From IMG/VR virus record IMGVR_UViG_3300020185_000006: a stretch of 31,873 nt of DNA. The stretch is one strand, 5' to 3'. The position numbers were made by a program, and so were the translations under genes. Under the pieces are notes generated by a model. It was not told the origin of the DNA. It saw nothing but the letters and a program-made list of their open reading frames with translations, and did no database searches. This DNA comes from a virus. Below, one piece after another: positions 1 to 8,907 of the stretch (position 1 is the stretch's first letter; every line of letters begins with the position of its first letter).

Positions 1-127
1 CGTAATAAAGCCTAAATCCATTCCCGAACCTAAACTTCCAATTAACGCTATGTCATTAGTAGTGTCAACATAAACATAGGCTTGTTTTGGAGAACTACCC
101 CAAAAGGTTTCACCCCCCGATGAGATG
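1..127. repeat. 127-bp terminal direct repeat, identical to 31747..31873 (assembly overlap of a circular or circularly permuted genome)
   Basis: Read directly: bases 1-127 (cgtaataaagcctaaatcc...caccccccgatgagatg) recur base for base at 31747-31873. Confidence 0.95.
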
Positions 128-1788
128 CGCATTCGTTCTACTAAACCCGAACCATCTGATGGTTGAGTAAGAATACGAAATGCTCCCGCTGCATTTACCG
201 ATGTACCATTTTCCTTATACCCATCTATTGCTGCAAAAAATTCTTGTGCAGTAGCACTTTTATATCCTCCAAGTGTTATTCCTCCACCTACACCTTGCGC
301 AAAAGAGGTTGAATCATTTATTGAAACATTAAATGAACCCGTAAGAGATTTGGCACTAGCACTTTGAAAAGTAGCATCACCCCCCGATGAGATGGTGAGT
401 GAATCTGATAATGTACCCGATGAATTTGATGTTCTTAAAACAAGTCCCGCTCCATCTCCCGATGTTGCTCTCTTAAATGCTACCTCTGCTTTAGGCGTAC
501 CCGTACTCGTAGAGCCTCTTAATACTGCTTCTGCACTAAAATTACCCGATGTATTATTTATATGAAGAATCTGTTGAGGCGAAGTAGTTCCAATACCCAC
601 GTTGCCGTTTCCGTCAAGCACAAATTTATTAGTAGCATTTATTCCAATGCCAAATTTTTGATCAGCAACAGAGTTTCCTCCCGTGTGAGTAATAAATGTG
701 TCAGAGGTTGTTCCATCACCCAAAACAAATTTTGCAATATTAGCCGCACCTACATTTTTCAAGGTTAATAACGAGCCTACACTACCAATAACAGATGTAT
801 CAATAATCTTTACCTCTACTTTTGATGTAGTGGTTGGAGTAACACCAATTCCCACATTACCCCCACTATTAACTTGTATTCTATTATTCCCACTACCATC
901 TGAAATGATAATATTGTTGGATGTTGCAGATATTGTATTTCCTGTGTTTGATCCTAATATTACATTGTTATTTCCCGATGCAACTGAACTGCCCGAACCT
1001 TCACCAATATAAATGTTATTACTTCCTACATCTACTAGCCCTGCACTTTTTCCTATATAAGTATTACCCGATCCTGTTGAAACATTTACTCCTGCATTAT
1101 ACCCAACTGCCGTATTATTCTCTCCTGTTAACACATCACCTAAAGCACCCGAACCAACTGCAGTGTTAAAATCACCATCAGTTGAGTTACCCAACGCATC
1201 AGAACCAAAGCCTGTATTGCTATTTCCACTTGTTACTTTTTCAAGTGAACCGTTTCCCATTGCAGTATTGTCTGAACCTGCTAGAACTGCATTTAGATTT
1301 TGTTTACCAAATCCTACATTACGTGATCCTGTTACATTGGCTATATTTCCTCCACCTATATTATAAGAATTTAGATCATCATCATTAGAATTAGTTTGCA
1401 ATAATGAAATATTGTGACTTGCATTAATTGACATTGTTGTGTCACTCCTTAACTGATCTGCATTATCATTCCATACTGCAATAGTGTTTAAAGCAATCGT
1501 TCCTGTTTTTGTAACATCTCCACTTGCATCAGCCACCCAACCTAAAGTTCCGTTTGCATCTGCTAGTTTTAAAATCTGTCCACTTGTTCCTCTTGTAGTA
1601 GGAAATTTAAAAGTATTAGAACCTGCATTAAATTGAATCTGAGTAGTACTCATTGACAAAGGTGATCCATTGCCTAATCCATCGGTTAATTGTTGGATAC
1701 TTGATGTTAAAGCACTTTCAGTAGTTGCACCAATTGAAAGAACACTTTTATAGGTTGATGCAATTGATTTATTCGTTAATACTGCCAT
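1..1788 (-). CDS. Tail fibre protein, N-terminal 596 codons. It continues across the contig junction into 31746..30946, giving about 862 aa in total.
   Basis: Minus-strand ATG at 1788 (cat at 1786-1788). Hand translation starts MAVLTNKSIASTYKSVLSIGATTESALTSSIQQLTDGLGNGSPL... and stays open to base 1. It is absent from the ORF track because it has no stop in the window. 1788 and 31746 are both 0 mod 3, so it joins in frame to the 30946..31767 ORF. It is Gly/Asn/Ser-rich with repeated GNVGIG and (T/R)ISSGG modules. Confidence 0.85.
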   Translation of the reverse strand, partial: MAVLTNKSIASTYKSVLSIGATTESALTSSIQQLTDGLGNGSPLSMSTTQIQFNAGSNTFKFPTTRGTSGQILKLADANGTLGWVADASGDVTKTGTIALNTIAVWNDNADQLRSDTTMSINASHNISLLQTNSNDDDLNSYNIGGGNIANVTGSRNVGFGKQNLNAVLAGSDNTAMGNGSLEKVTSGNSNTGFGSDALGNSTDGDFNTAVGSGALGDVLTGENNTAVGYNAGVNVSTGSGNTYIGKSAGLVDVGSNNIYIGEGSGSSVASGNNNVILGSNTGNTISATSNNIIISDGSGNNRIQVNSGGNVGIGVTPTTTSKVEVKIIDTSVIGSVGSLLTLKNVGAANIAKFVLGDGTTSDTFITHTGGNSVADQKFGIGINATNKFVLDGNGNVGIGTTSPQQILHINNTSGNFSAEAVLRGSTSTGTPKAEVAFKRATSGDGAGLVLRTSNSSGTLSDSLTISSGGDATFQSASAKSLTGSFNVSINDSTSFAQGVGGGITLGGYKSATAQEFFAAIDGYKENGTSVNAAGAFRILTQPSDGSGLVERMRISSGGETFWGSSPKQAYVYVDTTNDIALIGSLGSGMDLGFIT

Positions 1789-1851
1789 TCTTTTTAAGTT
1801 TTAATAAAAACTGTTTTAATTTTTTAATGTTGTCTTGTTTTGGTTTGTAAC

Positions 1852-2364
1852 TCAAAGCACCCATCCATTAAAAGTTGCATCGTAACTTGGATAAATATCA
1901 TCATTTGTGTTAGTAGTGTATTCGGGGAATTTAGATTGGTTAAAAGTCATATGATCTATAAACCTTCTAGAGTACCACTCAGCGTATGTTCTTGCTTTTT
2001 CTACTAAGTAATCAACCTCTCCTTTATTAACTGTTTCAGCAGTCTCAGAAGTGTGTTTAAAAACCCCTCCGTTTTTTATTTGATACGCAGCGAACGGAAT
2101 ATAATCTACTTGAGCAAACCAAATCAACATCGGTTGAATGTACTCATTTAATAGTTCTTTGTAATCAGAAAAAGGAGCATTATCTATATCTCCATTACCT
2201 ATTATTAAAGTGTACTTATCGTATAATTTAGATCCTAGATAATTCTGAATGTTTATTTGCTGACTAATCTTTATAAATTGTATAAATTTGTCAGTATCTA
2301 CAGATCCATCCAAAATGCTATTTCTGACTAAATCTGTGCGGTTAATGAATAAAACTGTTGCCAT
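1852..2364 (-). CDS. Hypothetical virion protein, possible head-tail adaptor
   Basis: 170-aa ORF with a 1-nt TAATG overlap with the portal gene. It sits between the portal and the tail fibre. The assignment rests on position and a weak resemblance to gp6-type connectors. Confidence 0.35.
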   Translation of the reverse strand: MATVLFINRTDLVRNSILDGSVDTDKFIQFIKISQQINIQNYLGSKLYDKYTLIIGNGDIDNAPFSDYKELLNEYIQPMLIWFAQVDYIPFAAYQIKNGGVFKHTSETAETVNKGEVDYLVEKARTYAEWYSRRFIDHMTFNQSKFPEYTTNTNDDIYPSYDATFNGWVL

Positions 2365-4391
2365 TAGTATTTATATTTTAATGATCCGTGATTAGGTAAA
2401 TCAAAAGTTGCTCTTTTAGCATCTTTACTTCCGAAAGGATTTCTTATATAACTTTTAGGAATGCTTCCTGTCCTTCTATAATTTTTAAGATCCTCACTTA
2501 CATCAGCACCTTTTTTTCTTCTATATAAAACTTGTTTCCAAGCGTGACGACAATAACAACCTCCCTTATATTTAAATAAGTCGTAAGAAGTTTTCCCCGA
2601 AGGAGCGAATTTTCCATTCACTTTAGATCTACTAGCTTTATCAATATCTTCAATAGTATATACAGTTCCTTTTTTAGAAAGACCCATCATTTTTTTGCAG
2701 AAGTCTCTAGTTTTATAAGATTTTTTTCTTTTCCCTTCCGCATCCTTTTGTATAGATTTAGCCATTGATTTCTTATAATATTGGTATCTTATCTTATAAT
2801 TATCAGTATCTAAATCACTATAAGAACTCCCCTTCTTTTTAGACTCAATAGGGTTAGCTAATCCAACTAATCTTCTTATTTTATTTAGAGTAGTTTCTTT
2901 ATTTACAATACTTGCTTTAACCCACTCTTCATCCGATACATTTTCATCAGAAACATCTCTAACATCTGTAATAATCCAATCATCATTTATAGTTTCACCA
3001 CTTAAATTTTCTAAAATTAAATTCCCTTCTTCTTCGCTTAGTTTAGGAATATACTTATCATTAAATTCTTCGTGAGTTTTACAGGGCATATAATAGGTAA
3101 CCCCATCAACTTCGTGTTCGTGATATCCTTCGCACCCTATTGATTTAGAAATTTTTTCAGCTTCCTCTATTGTTTCGTAAGCAGTTTTACCATCTATCTG
3201 CTTACTCATCTCAATCCCTGTCTCTTCCTCTATATCCTCTTTATCCTGTAAGGTCTTATCAACCTCCGTAAATTCTAACGGTTGTAAGGTTATAAAGTAT
3301 AGATTTAAGCTGATATCATTGTAAGCAAGTAGTTTATCAAAGCAATCAATTAAAAGTTCTTGAAAAGGTCTAATAACAGTATTATCCATTAACAAGGATG
3401 CGGTCTTAATCTCATCTGCGTTATTTCCTAAACCAACACCGTCTTTTATTCCTAAAAGCATTGGTGAAACTACTCGGTGAGCAACTAAGATCTTCTGTGT
3501 AGACTCCGAAGATAAGAATTGGTATTGGTTGTGCGCATCTGATATTTGAATCGGAGTAACATCTGCTGCAGTTTCCTTATCTGAGTTAAAACTTAAAATA
3601 AATTTACCCGCATTAGAACTCCCCGAAAATTTCATTGCTATTTTACTTTCTAGTAATTCCCTTTCTTCTTGATTAGGAACACCGTTATTAAAGTTAATTA
3701 GCATATTAGGAGACAACCCATTCATTATATTATTAATGTGGAAGTTGCTTATTTCCTCTTCAAGCTGTGCGTATTGAATCCCTCCTTGATAGTCTACAGG
3801 ACTATAATAATAAAAACCCGCTCTATAAGGTTTAATATAATAAATCTCAATACTTTCTTTAGATTTTCCGTAAGCGGGAATCCTTAAAGGTTTCTCACTA
3901 GGTTTAATATTTGCCCAATCCTTAAAATAATAATAAGCGGGAATATCACCTTCACTATCAGCTTTCTCTGCCCTTAAGGTTTCGATAGGCATATGCGATA
4001 GTTCAACAATTCTTGATCTATTTTTAGAATAGATTACTTGTATTGCAGCTTGACCCATTAACTTAAGATCGTAACAAACCTTCATTACGCAATCCTTGTG
4101 AAATAATGAAATCATTTCGGCATACTGATCGGGTTTTCTATTAGCATTAGTTGCTCCTAATCCTTTACCGTAGATAGCTTGACTTATTCCATTGATAGCT
4201 GCATTATTTGTAGGACTTCCGTTATATCTATCAATTAGATATTGGAAATAATTATTATCCTCTCCGTAAGCAACCCAATCCTTATTAGCAACTTCAACTA
4301 TTTCGGGGGATGTGTAAGTGTTAAGATTTACAATACCGAAGGAAGATTTATTTACACTAACTCCTTTAGGCAAGTTCTTGTTCTTTTTCAT
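2364..4391 (-). CDS. Portal protein with a C-terminal MuF/SPP1 gp7-like minor head protein domain
   Basis: 675 aa. The N-terminal half has a portal-like pattern (KDWVAYGEDNNYFQYLIDRYNGSPTNNAAINGISQAIYGKGL). The C-terminal third has TRDFCKKMMGLSKKGTVYTIEDI...YKGGCYCRHAWKQV, resembling the conserved Cys/His-containing C-terminal end of MuF-type proteins. It is the largest head-module ORF. Confidence 0.6.
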   Translation of the reverse strand: MKKNKNLPKGVSVNKSSFGIVNLNTYTSPEIVEVANKDWVAYGEDNNYFQYLIDRYNGSPTNNAAINGISQAIYGKGLGATNANRKPDQYAEMISLFHKDCVMKVCYDLKLMGQAAIQVIYSKNRSRIVELSHMPIETLRAEKADSEGDIPAYYYFKDWANIKPSEKPLRIPAYGKSKESIEIYYIKPYRAGFYYYSPVDYQGGIQYAQLEEEISNFHINNIMNGLSPNMLINFNNGVPNQEERELLESKIAMKFSGSSNAGKFILSFNSDKETAADVTPIQISDAHNQYQFLSSESTQKILVAHRVVSPMLLGIKDGVGLGNNADEIKTASLLMDNTVIRPFQELLIDCFDKLLAYNDISLNLYFITLQPLEFTEVDKTLQDKEDIEEETGIEMSKQIDGKTAYETIEEAEKISKSIGCEGYHEHEVDGVTYYMPCKTHEEFNDKYIPKLSEEEGNLILENLSGETINDDWIITDVRDVSDENVSDEEWVKASIVNKETTLNKIRRLVGLANPIESKKKGSSYSDLDTDNYKIRYQYYKKSMAKSIQKDAEGKRKKSYKTRDFCKKMMGLSKKGTVYTIEDIDKASRSKVNGKFAPSGKTSYDLFKYKGGCYCRHAWKQVLYRRKKGADVSEDLKNYRRTGSIPKSYIRNPFGSKDAKRATFDLPNHGSLKYKY

Positions 4392-4747
4392 ATAACTATA
4401 TATTCATTGTTAAAGGAATCATCAGTTGTAAATTCTCCCTCATTTAGTTTGTAGTAATCATTATTTATTTGATTAATTGTTTGATTAGTACAAAACATTC
4501 TGTCTTTAAATATTATATTCGTTCCAGATACTAATTTAAAATCGTAAAAATGATTCTCTACTAAAACAGGAGAAAAAGTATTTTGAAAAGTAATATAATT
4601 CCCCGAAACACTTGCTCCTGTTATCGTGTAATTAACACTGATATTTGTTGAGTCATCTCTTATAGTCATTGTAAATGTGTTTAAAGAGTAATCCCTCGGG
4701 ATTAAATTAAATGTCTGAGCGGTTGCCGATGTTGTTACTATCACCAT
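4388..4747 (-). CDS. Hypothetical structural protein (beta-rich, 119 aa)
   Basis: ORF track. 4-nt ATGA overlap with the portal start. No family recognised. Confidence 0.5.
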   Translation of the reverse strand: MVIVTTSATAQTFNLIPRDYSLNTFTMTIRDDSTNISVNYTITGASVSGNYITFQNTFSPVLVENHFYDFKLVSGTNIIFKDRMFCTNQTINQINNDYYKLNEGEFTTDDSFNNEYIVI

Positions 4748-4780
4748 AACTAAGTAACGATCTTTTTCCTATATTTTGTT

Positions 4781-4942
4781 TTAAGAACCACACCCAACAC
4801 AATCAATTTCGGAAGAACTAGGTTTAGAACCATTTATTTTCATTTTAAGGTTGTGAATTTTGTCTCTTATTTTCATATCGTTAAAAAGGTTTCCTGTTAA
4901 TTGAGTTTCTAAAGTTTGTATTTGATTGTGTAGTTCTTGCAT
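4781..4942 (-). CDS. Small ORF, 53 aa (below the track cut-off): MQELHNQIQTLETQLTGNLFNDMKIRDKIHNLKMKINGSKPSSSEIDCVGCGS
   Basis: Hand translation. ATG at 4942, TAA at 4781-4783. It fills an otherwise empty gap on the coding strand just after a terminator. Confidence 0.3.
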   Translation of the reverse strand: MQELHNQIQTLETQLTGNLFNDMKIRDKIHNLKMKINGSKPSSSEIDCVGCGS

Positions 4943-5004
4943 TTTTATAATAGAATTTGAAGTTAAAAAAATAGATATTCTTTTACTCTAAAGTAAAATA
5001 AAGC

Positions 5005-5036
5005 AAAAAAAAAGCACCCCCTATAAAGGGATGCTT
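5005..5036 (-). terminator. Rho-independent terminator after the tube-like gene
   Basis: The minus strand reads AGCATCCC-TTTATAG-GGGGTGCT followed by nine T, about 20 nt past the stop of 5057..5611. Confidence 0.75.
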
Positions 5037-5056
5037 CTTTAATAAAATAATAATTA

Positions 5057-5611
5057 TTAAGGAAGAGAGGGAATTCCTACAGGTGTAGGGTCAATAGGAC
5101 TAGCTGCTGCTGCTACTCCCGCTCCCGATTGTACGAAATAAGGAGCTTGCTCCTCCATTCCTTCCATTACGAGAGTAAAACCGCTTAAATCACCCGCTGC
5201 ACTTCCCGTTACTATTGAACCCGAACTAGCATCCATTCCATTTTCGTATCCACAAAGGAATAAATGCCCGTAATAATCCTCAACTATTACTACGGGTCTA
5301 CCCGCTACAATTAGTTGAATTTGGTTCTTAGTTAAATTGTCTAAGAAAGTTAATGTAAGATTCAATGTCTGAGTATAGAAAGTTGTTCCATTTTCTCTGC
5401 TACTTGTTATCGTAGTTTCTAAGCTAGAATTTCCTTTACACTCGTATTGATAAAAATCGGGAGATCCCGTAAATCCCGTTACTTCATCCAAAGTTGCGGG
5501 AGTTGTATCAAATTGTGCAACAACTGGAAAGTTAGCAAAATATACTGATTTTACTCCTCCAAATGCACTTTTACAGGGTAATAATCTCCCTGCGGTTACG
5601 TTACAAGCCAT
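5057..5611 (-). CDS. Putative major tail (tube) protein
   Basis: 184 aa, directly downstream of the capsid gene and bracketed by two terminators, suggesting high expression. Its pattern (C..K.AFGGVK.VYFA..., ...RPVVIVEDYYGHLFLCGYENGMD) is reminiscent of siphophage tube proteins. Family not verified. Confidence 0.4.
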   Translation of the reverse strand: MACNVTAGRLLPCKSAFGGVKSVYFANFPVVAQFDTTPATLDEVTGFTGSPDFYQYECKGNSSLETTITSSRENGTTFYTQTLNLTLTFLDNLTKNQIQLIVAGRPVVIVEDYYGHLFLCGYENGMDASSGSIVTGSAAGDLSGFTLVMEGMEEQAPYFVQSGAGVAAAASPIDPTPVGIPSLP

Positions 5612-5631
5612 AGTTTTTTTTAGTTTAAAAT

Positions 5632-5667
5632 AAAAAAAGGTAGATAGATTTTACCACCTACCTTTTT
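5632..5667 (-). terminator. Hairpin terminator or attenuator after the major capsid gene
   Basis: The minus strand reads AAAAAGGTAG-(14-nt loop)-CTACCTTTTTTT, between the MCP stop (5687) and the next start (5611). Confidence 0.65.
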
Positions 5668-5686
5668 CTATATAGTTTATAATTTA

Positions 5687-6640
5687 TTAAGCGTAGAATA
5701 CAATGTCTTGTCCAATTCCTATTTGGGCACCAGCTGAATACCTCATTATAAATCTGACATTTTGGCTGCCATCGATATCTTGCATATCAATAATTTTAAC
5801 CTCATTCATATTGTTAAGTAATCCTGTTCCAAAGAATAGGTTACTTCTCTGCGCTGCAATCATCTTATCATTAGAAAGACCGGGAGAAACAAAAATCTTA
5901 ACTCCATTTACGGTTAAAGATCCGTTATTCCACCATTGCGTTCCCATATTATTTACACCGTTAGCACCTAAACCCGCTGCTGCGAATCCACCTAATGCTT
6001 GAACGTAAAATTTAGCAATACTTGAAGGAACATAAATAAATAAATCTTCCTTGCCGTACAATGCAGCGGGAATCGCATCAACTACCTTAGAAAGTTCTGC
6101 AACTACGTTTGCGCTATCTACACCACCTCCTACTGCGGCAACATCTACAACTGTATTATCAGCTGCTAATAAAACTTCGTATCCATCAAACTCTCCTACG
6201 TTTGCAGTGACTCCTTTAAACAAAGTATTCTCTGTTTTCTGAGCAACCTCTGCAGCAACGTGCGCTATCATAAAATCACTAAACTTAGGAGGTAATGTTT
6301 GTGACATTCCGTATCCCATTGACTGCGCTTCCCAATCACTCACAAAATCTTTTTTGCAAAGTTGCAAATTGACTTGAAATTCATCGGGTTGAAGGATAGT
6401 TTCCGTTAACGTAACCGAACTATTTGCATTAAAGTCACAAGTGGCATCAGATACTAAAGCACCTGTGTCTAATTTCTTAATAACTTCTTTAAAAGCAATA
6501 TTTGGTTTTACGGTTACACCTCCATCATTGATAGTACTCGCAGACAATAATGCTGCTGCAATGTACTCTCCCGCAAACTCACCCGCATAGGTGGTTGTAA
6601 TGTTAGTTGTTGTTCCTAATTCTACTCTTTTTAAACTCAT
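5687..6640 (-). CDS. Major capsid protein (HK97-fold type)
   Basis: 317 aa, placed after the scaffold and decoration-like genes and followed by a terminator. Length and pattern are typical (LQPDEFQVNLQLCKKDFVSDWEAQ..., C-terminal ...RFIMRYSAGAQIG). Confidence 0.75.
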   Translation of the reverse strand: MSLKRVELGTTTNITTTYAGEFAGEYIAAALLSASTINDGGVTVKPNIAFKEVIKKLDTGALVSDATCDFNANSSVTLTETILQPDEFQVNLQLCKKDFVSDWEAQSMGYGMSQTLPPKFSDFMIAHVAAEVAQKTENTLFKGVTANVGEFDGYEVLLAADNTVVDVAAVGGGVDSANVVAELSKVVDAIPAALYGKEDLFIYVPSSIAKFYVQALGGFAAAGLGANGVNNMGTQWWNNGSLTVNGVKIFVSPGLSNDKMIAAQRSNLFFGTGLLNNMNEVKIIDMQDIDGSQNVRFIMRYSAGAQIGIGQDIVFYA

Positions 6641-6665
6641 TCTTTTTATATTTTATAATTTATAA

Positions 6666-7085
6666 TTATGCCTCAGATGCCCAAATACCTACACCGCCAA
6701 TGATGTACCATTGAGTCAAAGCTACTGCTCTAAGGATAACATAGTCACCTTTATTTGCGGTTGCTTTTGTATTTACAAAATCTTTATCGACTACTCCACT
6801 AGCTACTGAATCAGCTGCAGCGTTTGCGATTGTTCCGTTTATTCCATCTACTGCGTTTGGAGATAAAGTGATTGTATTATTTCCATCTGCTCCTGTATTT
6901 CTAAAAAGAAATGTTGCGCCTAAATTACCCGCTTCTATTTTAGGAAGGGTAATAGTTAATGCATCTGTTGCTACGTTCTGATCTGCGTCTGCTGATCCCG
7001 CATCGATAGATGCTGATGCACTAATTGTAGACTGCAATGCTTGAACATAAACAATATCATTCGATGTTGTGCTTGTTGTACTCAT
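6666..7085 (-). CDS. Hypothetical capsid-associated protein (possible decoration protein)
   Basis: 139 aa, Ala/Gly/Thr/Asn-rich, between the scaffold and MCP genes, with an ATGA overlap with the scaffold gene. Confidence 0.3.
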   Translation of the reverse strand: MSTTSTTSNDIVYVQALQSTISASASIDAGSADADQNVATDALTITLPKIEAGNLGATFLFRNTGADGNNTITLSPNAVDGINGTIANAAADSVASGVVDKDFVNTKATANKGDYVILRAVALTQWYIIGGVGIWASEA

Positions 7086-7750
7086 TTTATATTAGTTATT
7101 TTGTTTAAAATTGTATCTAGTGTTGTATTAATTCTATTTTGAGAATAGACAAACTTCATTGCGTTTGTGCTTTCTCCTTCGGGATTGTGTTTAATAGCTT
7201 TAGCTGCGGGTTCAGTCGAAAGTTTTTCCTCAACTTCTTTTTCAATATCCTCCTTTACTTCTTCTTTAAACTCCTCTTTTACCGTTCTAGATTTTAAAGT
7301 GTTTGCATCATCAGATGCCTCTACTTTATCTTTCTTTAGATCAGCAATAGCATCCTCAAGGTTTTGAATCCTTTTTTCCATTCCTTCCCAATCTCCAACT
7401 TCAGCCATTTTTTTATCGTATCCCATCTCATCTTCTTCAGCTAGATCTTCATTACCTTCTTCTAAATCTTCAGTAGTTTCTTCATCCTCTTTTTCGGGGA
7501 CTTCATCACTTACTTCTCTAACATCGGAAATAATTCCTTCCTCTTCAGAGACTAATAACCTACCATCTTCAAGTAAATACTCTCCAACAGGCAAGGCTAC
7601 TTTTTCATCGTCAGTAATAATAAAGATTTCTTTACCTTTTTCAAATGATTCTGCTTCAACAACAGTTCCATTTTCTAACTTCATCTCCTCGAGTTTTACC
7701 TCAATATTCAAAAGCGTTTTAATTTGATTAACTATCTCATTTGACTTCAT
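7082..7750 (-). CDS. Scaffolding protein candidate
   Basis: 222 aa, very acidic with Glu/Lys-rich predicted helices (EEDEETTEDLEEGNEDLAEEDE, KEEFKEEVKEDIEKEVEEK). It sits between the protease and the capsid gene. Confidence 0.55.
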   Translation of the reverse strand: MKSNEIVNQIKTLLNIEVKLEEMKLENGTVVEAESFEKGKEIFIITDDEKVALPVGEYLLEDGRLLVSEEEGIISDVREVSDEVPEKEDEETTEDLEEGNEDLAEEDEMGYDKKMAEVGDWEGMEKRIQNLEDAIADLKKDKVEASDDANTLKSRTVKEEFKEEVKEDIEKEVEEKLSTEPAAKAIKHNPEGESTNAMKFVYSQNRINTTLDTILNKITNIK

Positions 7751-7800
7751 ACTTAACTTACGTTTAATTGAAATTATTTTGCATTTTCGTTTTTTATTTT

Positions 7801-7962
7801 CTACGAACCACTCCCTGTTACATTTCCAATACCTTGATTTATCATTGCTCCTTTACAACACTTTTTAGAATACGTGTTTTTGTTTTGACATAGACACGCT
7901 CTAGTGTTTGACTTAGGTGAGGATCTACTAGGTAAGACTGATCTTCTGTTGATTCCTTGCAT
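7801..7962 (-). CDS. Small basic Cys-rich ORF, 53 aa: MQGINRRSVLPSRSSPKSNTRACLCQNKNTYSKKCCKGAMINQGIGNVTGSGS
   Basis: Hand translation. Its ATG shares one base with the TAA of the protease gene (TAATG at 7960-7964). TAG at 7801-7803. It fills the protease-scaffold gap. Confidence 0.35.
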   Translation of the reverse strand: MQGINRRSVLPSRSSPKSNTRACLCQNKNTYSKKCCKGAMINQGIGNVTGSGS

Positions 7963-8873
7963 TATTTTTTTTCTAATTGTTTAATTTTTCTTAATGACCA
8001 AGACTTAGCTGATTTACCTCCCCAAAGGAGAAAAGATATAGTTCCACAAGCCTTTGTGTCAGATGGATCATAATAGGCTTCTGCTCTGCTTAAATAAGAA
8101 TACATTCTTTTAATTGTTTGTAAAGAAATGGGTTTTCCTTGTGCTAATTGTTGCGCTCTTATTTTTCCGACATCTGTTGCGCATTTATTATTTACTTTTT
8201 TATTTAACTCAATGCCCCTTTTAGCGTTATTCTTTACTGCTGATGGGTAATCTGAATAAGATTCCATTTCTATTTTGTCATCAGTAATAATGCCCTTAAT
8301 CATCGATAGCATTTCTAAGGATTCCTCTTCATCAATTTCTTCTAATGTTTTTAATTTAGATGCTTCTATTTTATCCGCAAAGAATCCTTCAATACTAAAC
8401 CCTTTTACTTTGCCTGTTTTGACGTAGTCATTCCAAATCTCATCATTGTTAACCTTAACAGTCCCCATCCAAGTACCAACAGGAACATTTAAGTCATACT
8501 TCCTAGATTTATCATACTTCTCATCTTCAACTATCCAAGACTCTACTAATGTTAACCCTTGTAGGTTATCAGAATGTTCTAATGTTGAATTACTTTGATA
8601 GCCATTCGTGAGGTATCTTTGCGAGGCTTTTAAGACAGTATCTTTAGAGAAATATATATAATACTCATCTCCTTCGTTCTTTCGGTATATAGGCTTATTT
8701 GGTATTAATAAAGCACCCATTAAAATTTTCTTCTCACTATCAACTTGAGCAAGTTTTATTTCATCTGATTTTAAAGCTATAAAGTCAGACTCTATTGCGG
8801 GAGACTCAACAATGCTAATTGCTTCAATGCCACTCTCCTCATCTTCATCTAAAACTAATTCTACTATCTTCAT
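7962..8873 (-). CDS. XkdF-like prohead serine protease family protein with a C-terminal conserved phage domain
   Basis: 303 aa. It has the XkdF-type pattern (ALLIPNKPIYRKNEGDEYYIYFSKDTV...STLEHSD...LVESWIVED...GTWMGTVKV...IWNDYVKTGKVKGFSIEG). It lies upstream of the scaffold and MCP genes. Confidence 0.6.
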   Translation of the reverse strand: MKIVELVLDEDEESGIEAISIVESPAIESDFIALKSDEIKLAQVDSEKKILMGALLIPNKPIYRKNEGDEYYIYFSKDTVLKASQRYLTNGYQSNSTLEHSDNLQGLTLVESWIVEDEKYDKSRKYDLNVPVGTWMGTVKVNNDEIWNDYVKTGKVKGFSIEGFFADKIEASKLKTLEEIDEEESLEMLSMIKGIITDDKIEMESYSDYPSAVKNNAKRGIELNKKVNNKCATDVGKIRAQQLAQGKPISLQTIKRMYSYLSRAEAYYDPSDTKACGTISFLLWGGKSAKSWSLRKIKQLEKK

Positions 8874-8907
8874 AATTATTAAACGATTAAAATTTTATTT
8901 TTTGTCT

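Noticed and set aside
562-1388. Five plus-strand ORFs of 67-104 aa (562..768, 698..1012, 921..1169, 1163..1366, 1182..1388) listed in the track
   Set aside because: They lie antisense to the long open minus-strand tail-fibre frame (1..1788) and overlap one another in different frames. Their low-complexity Leu/Pro/Phe-rich sequences are typical of shadow ORFs on repetitive Gly/Asn/Ser-coding DNA.
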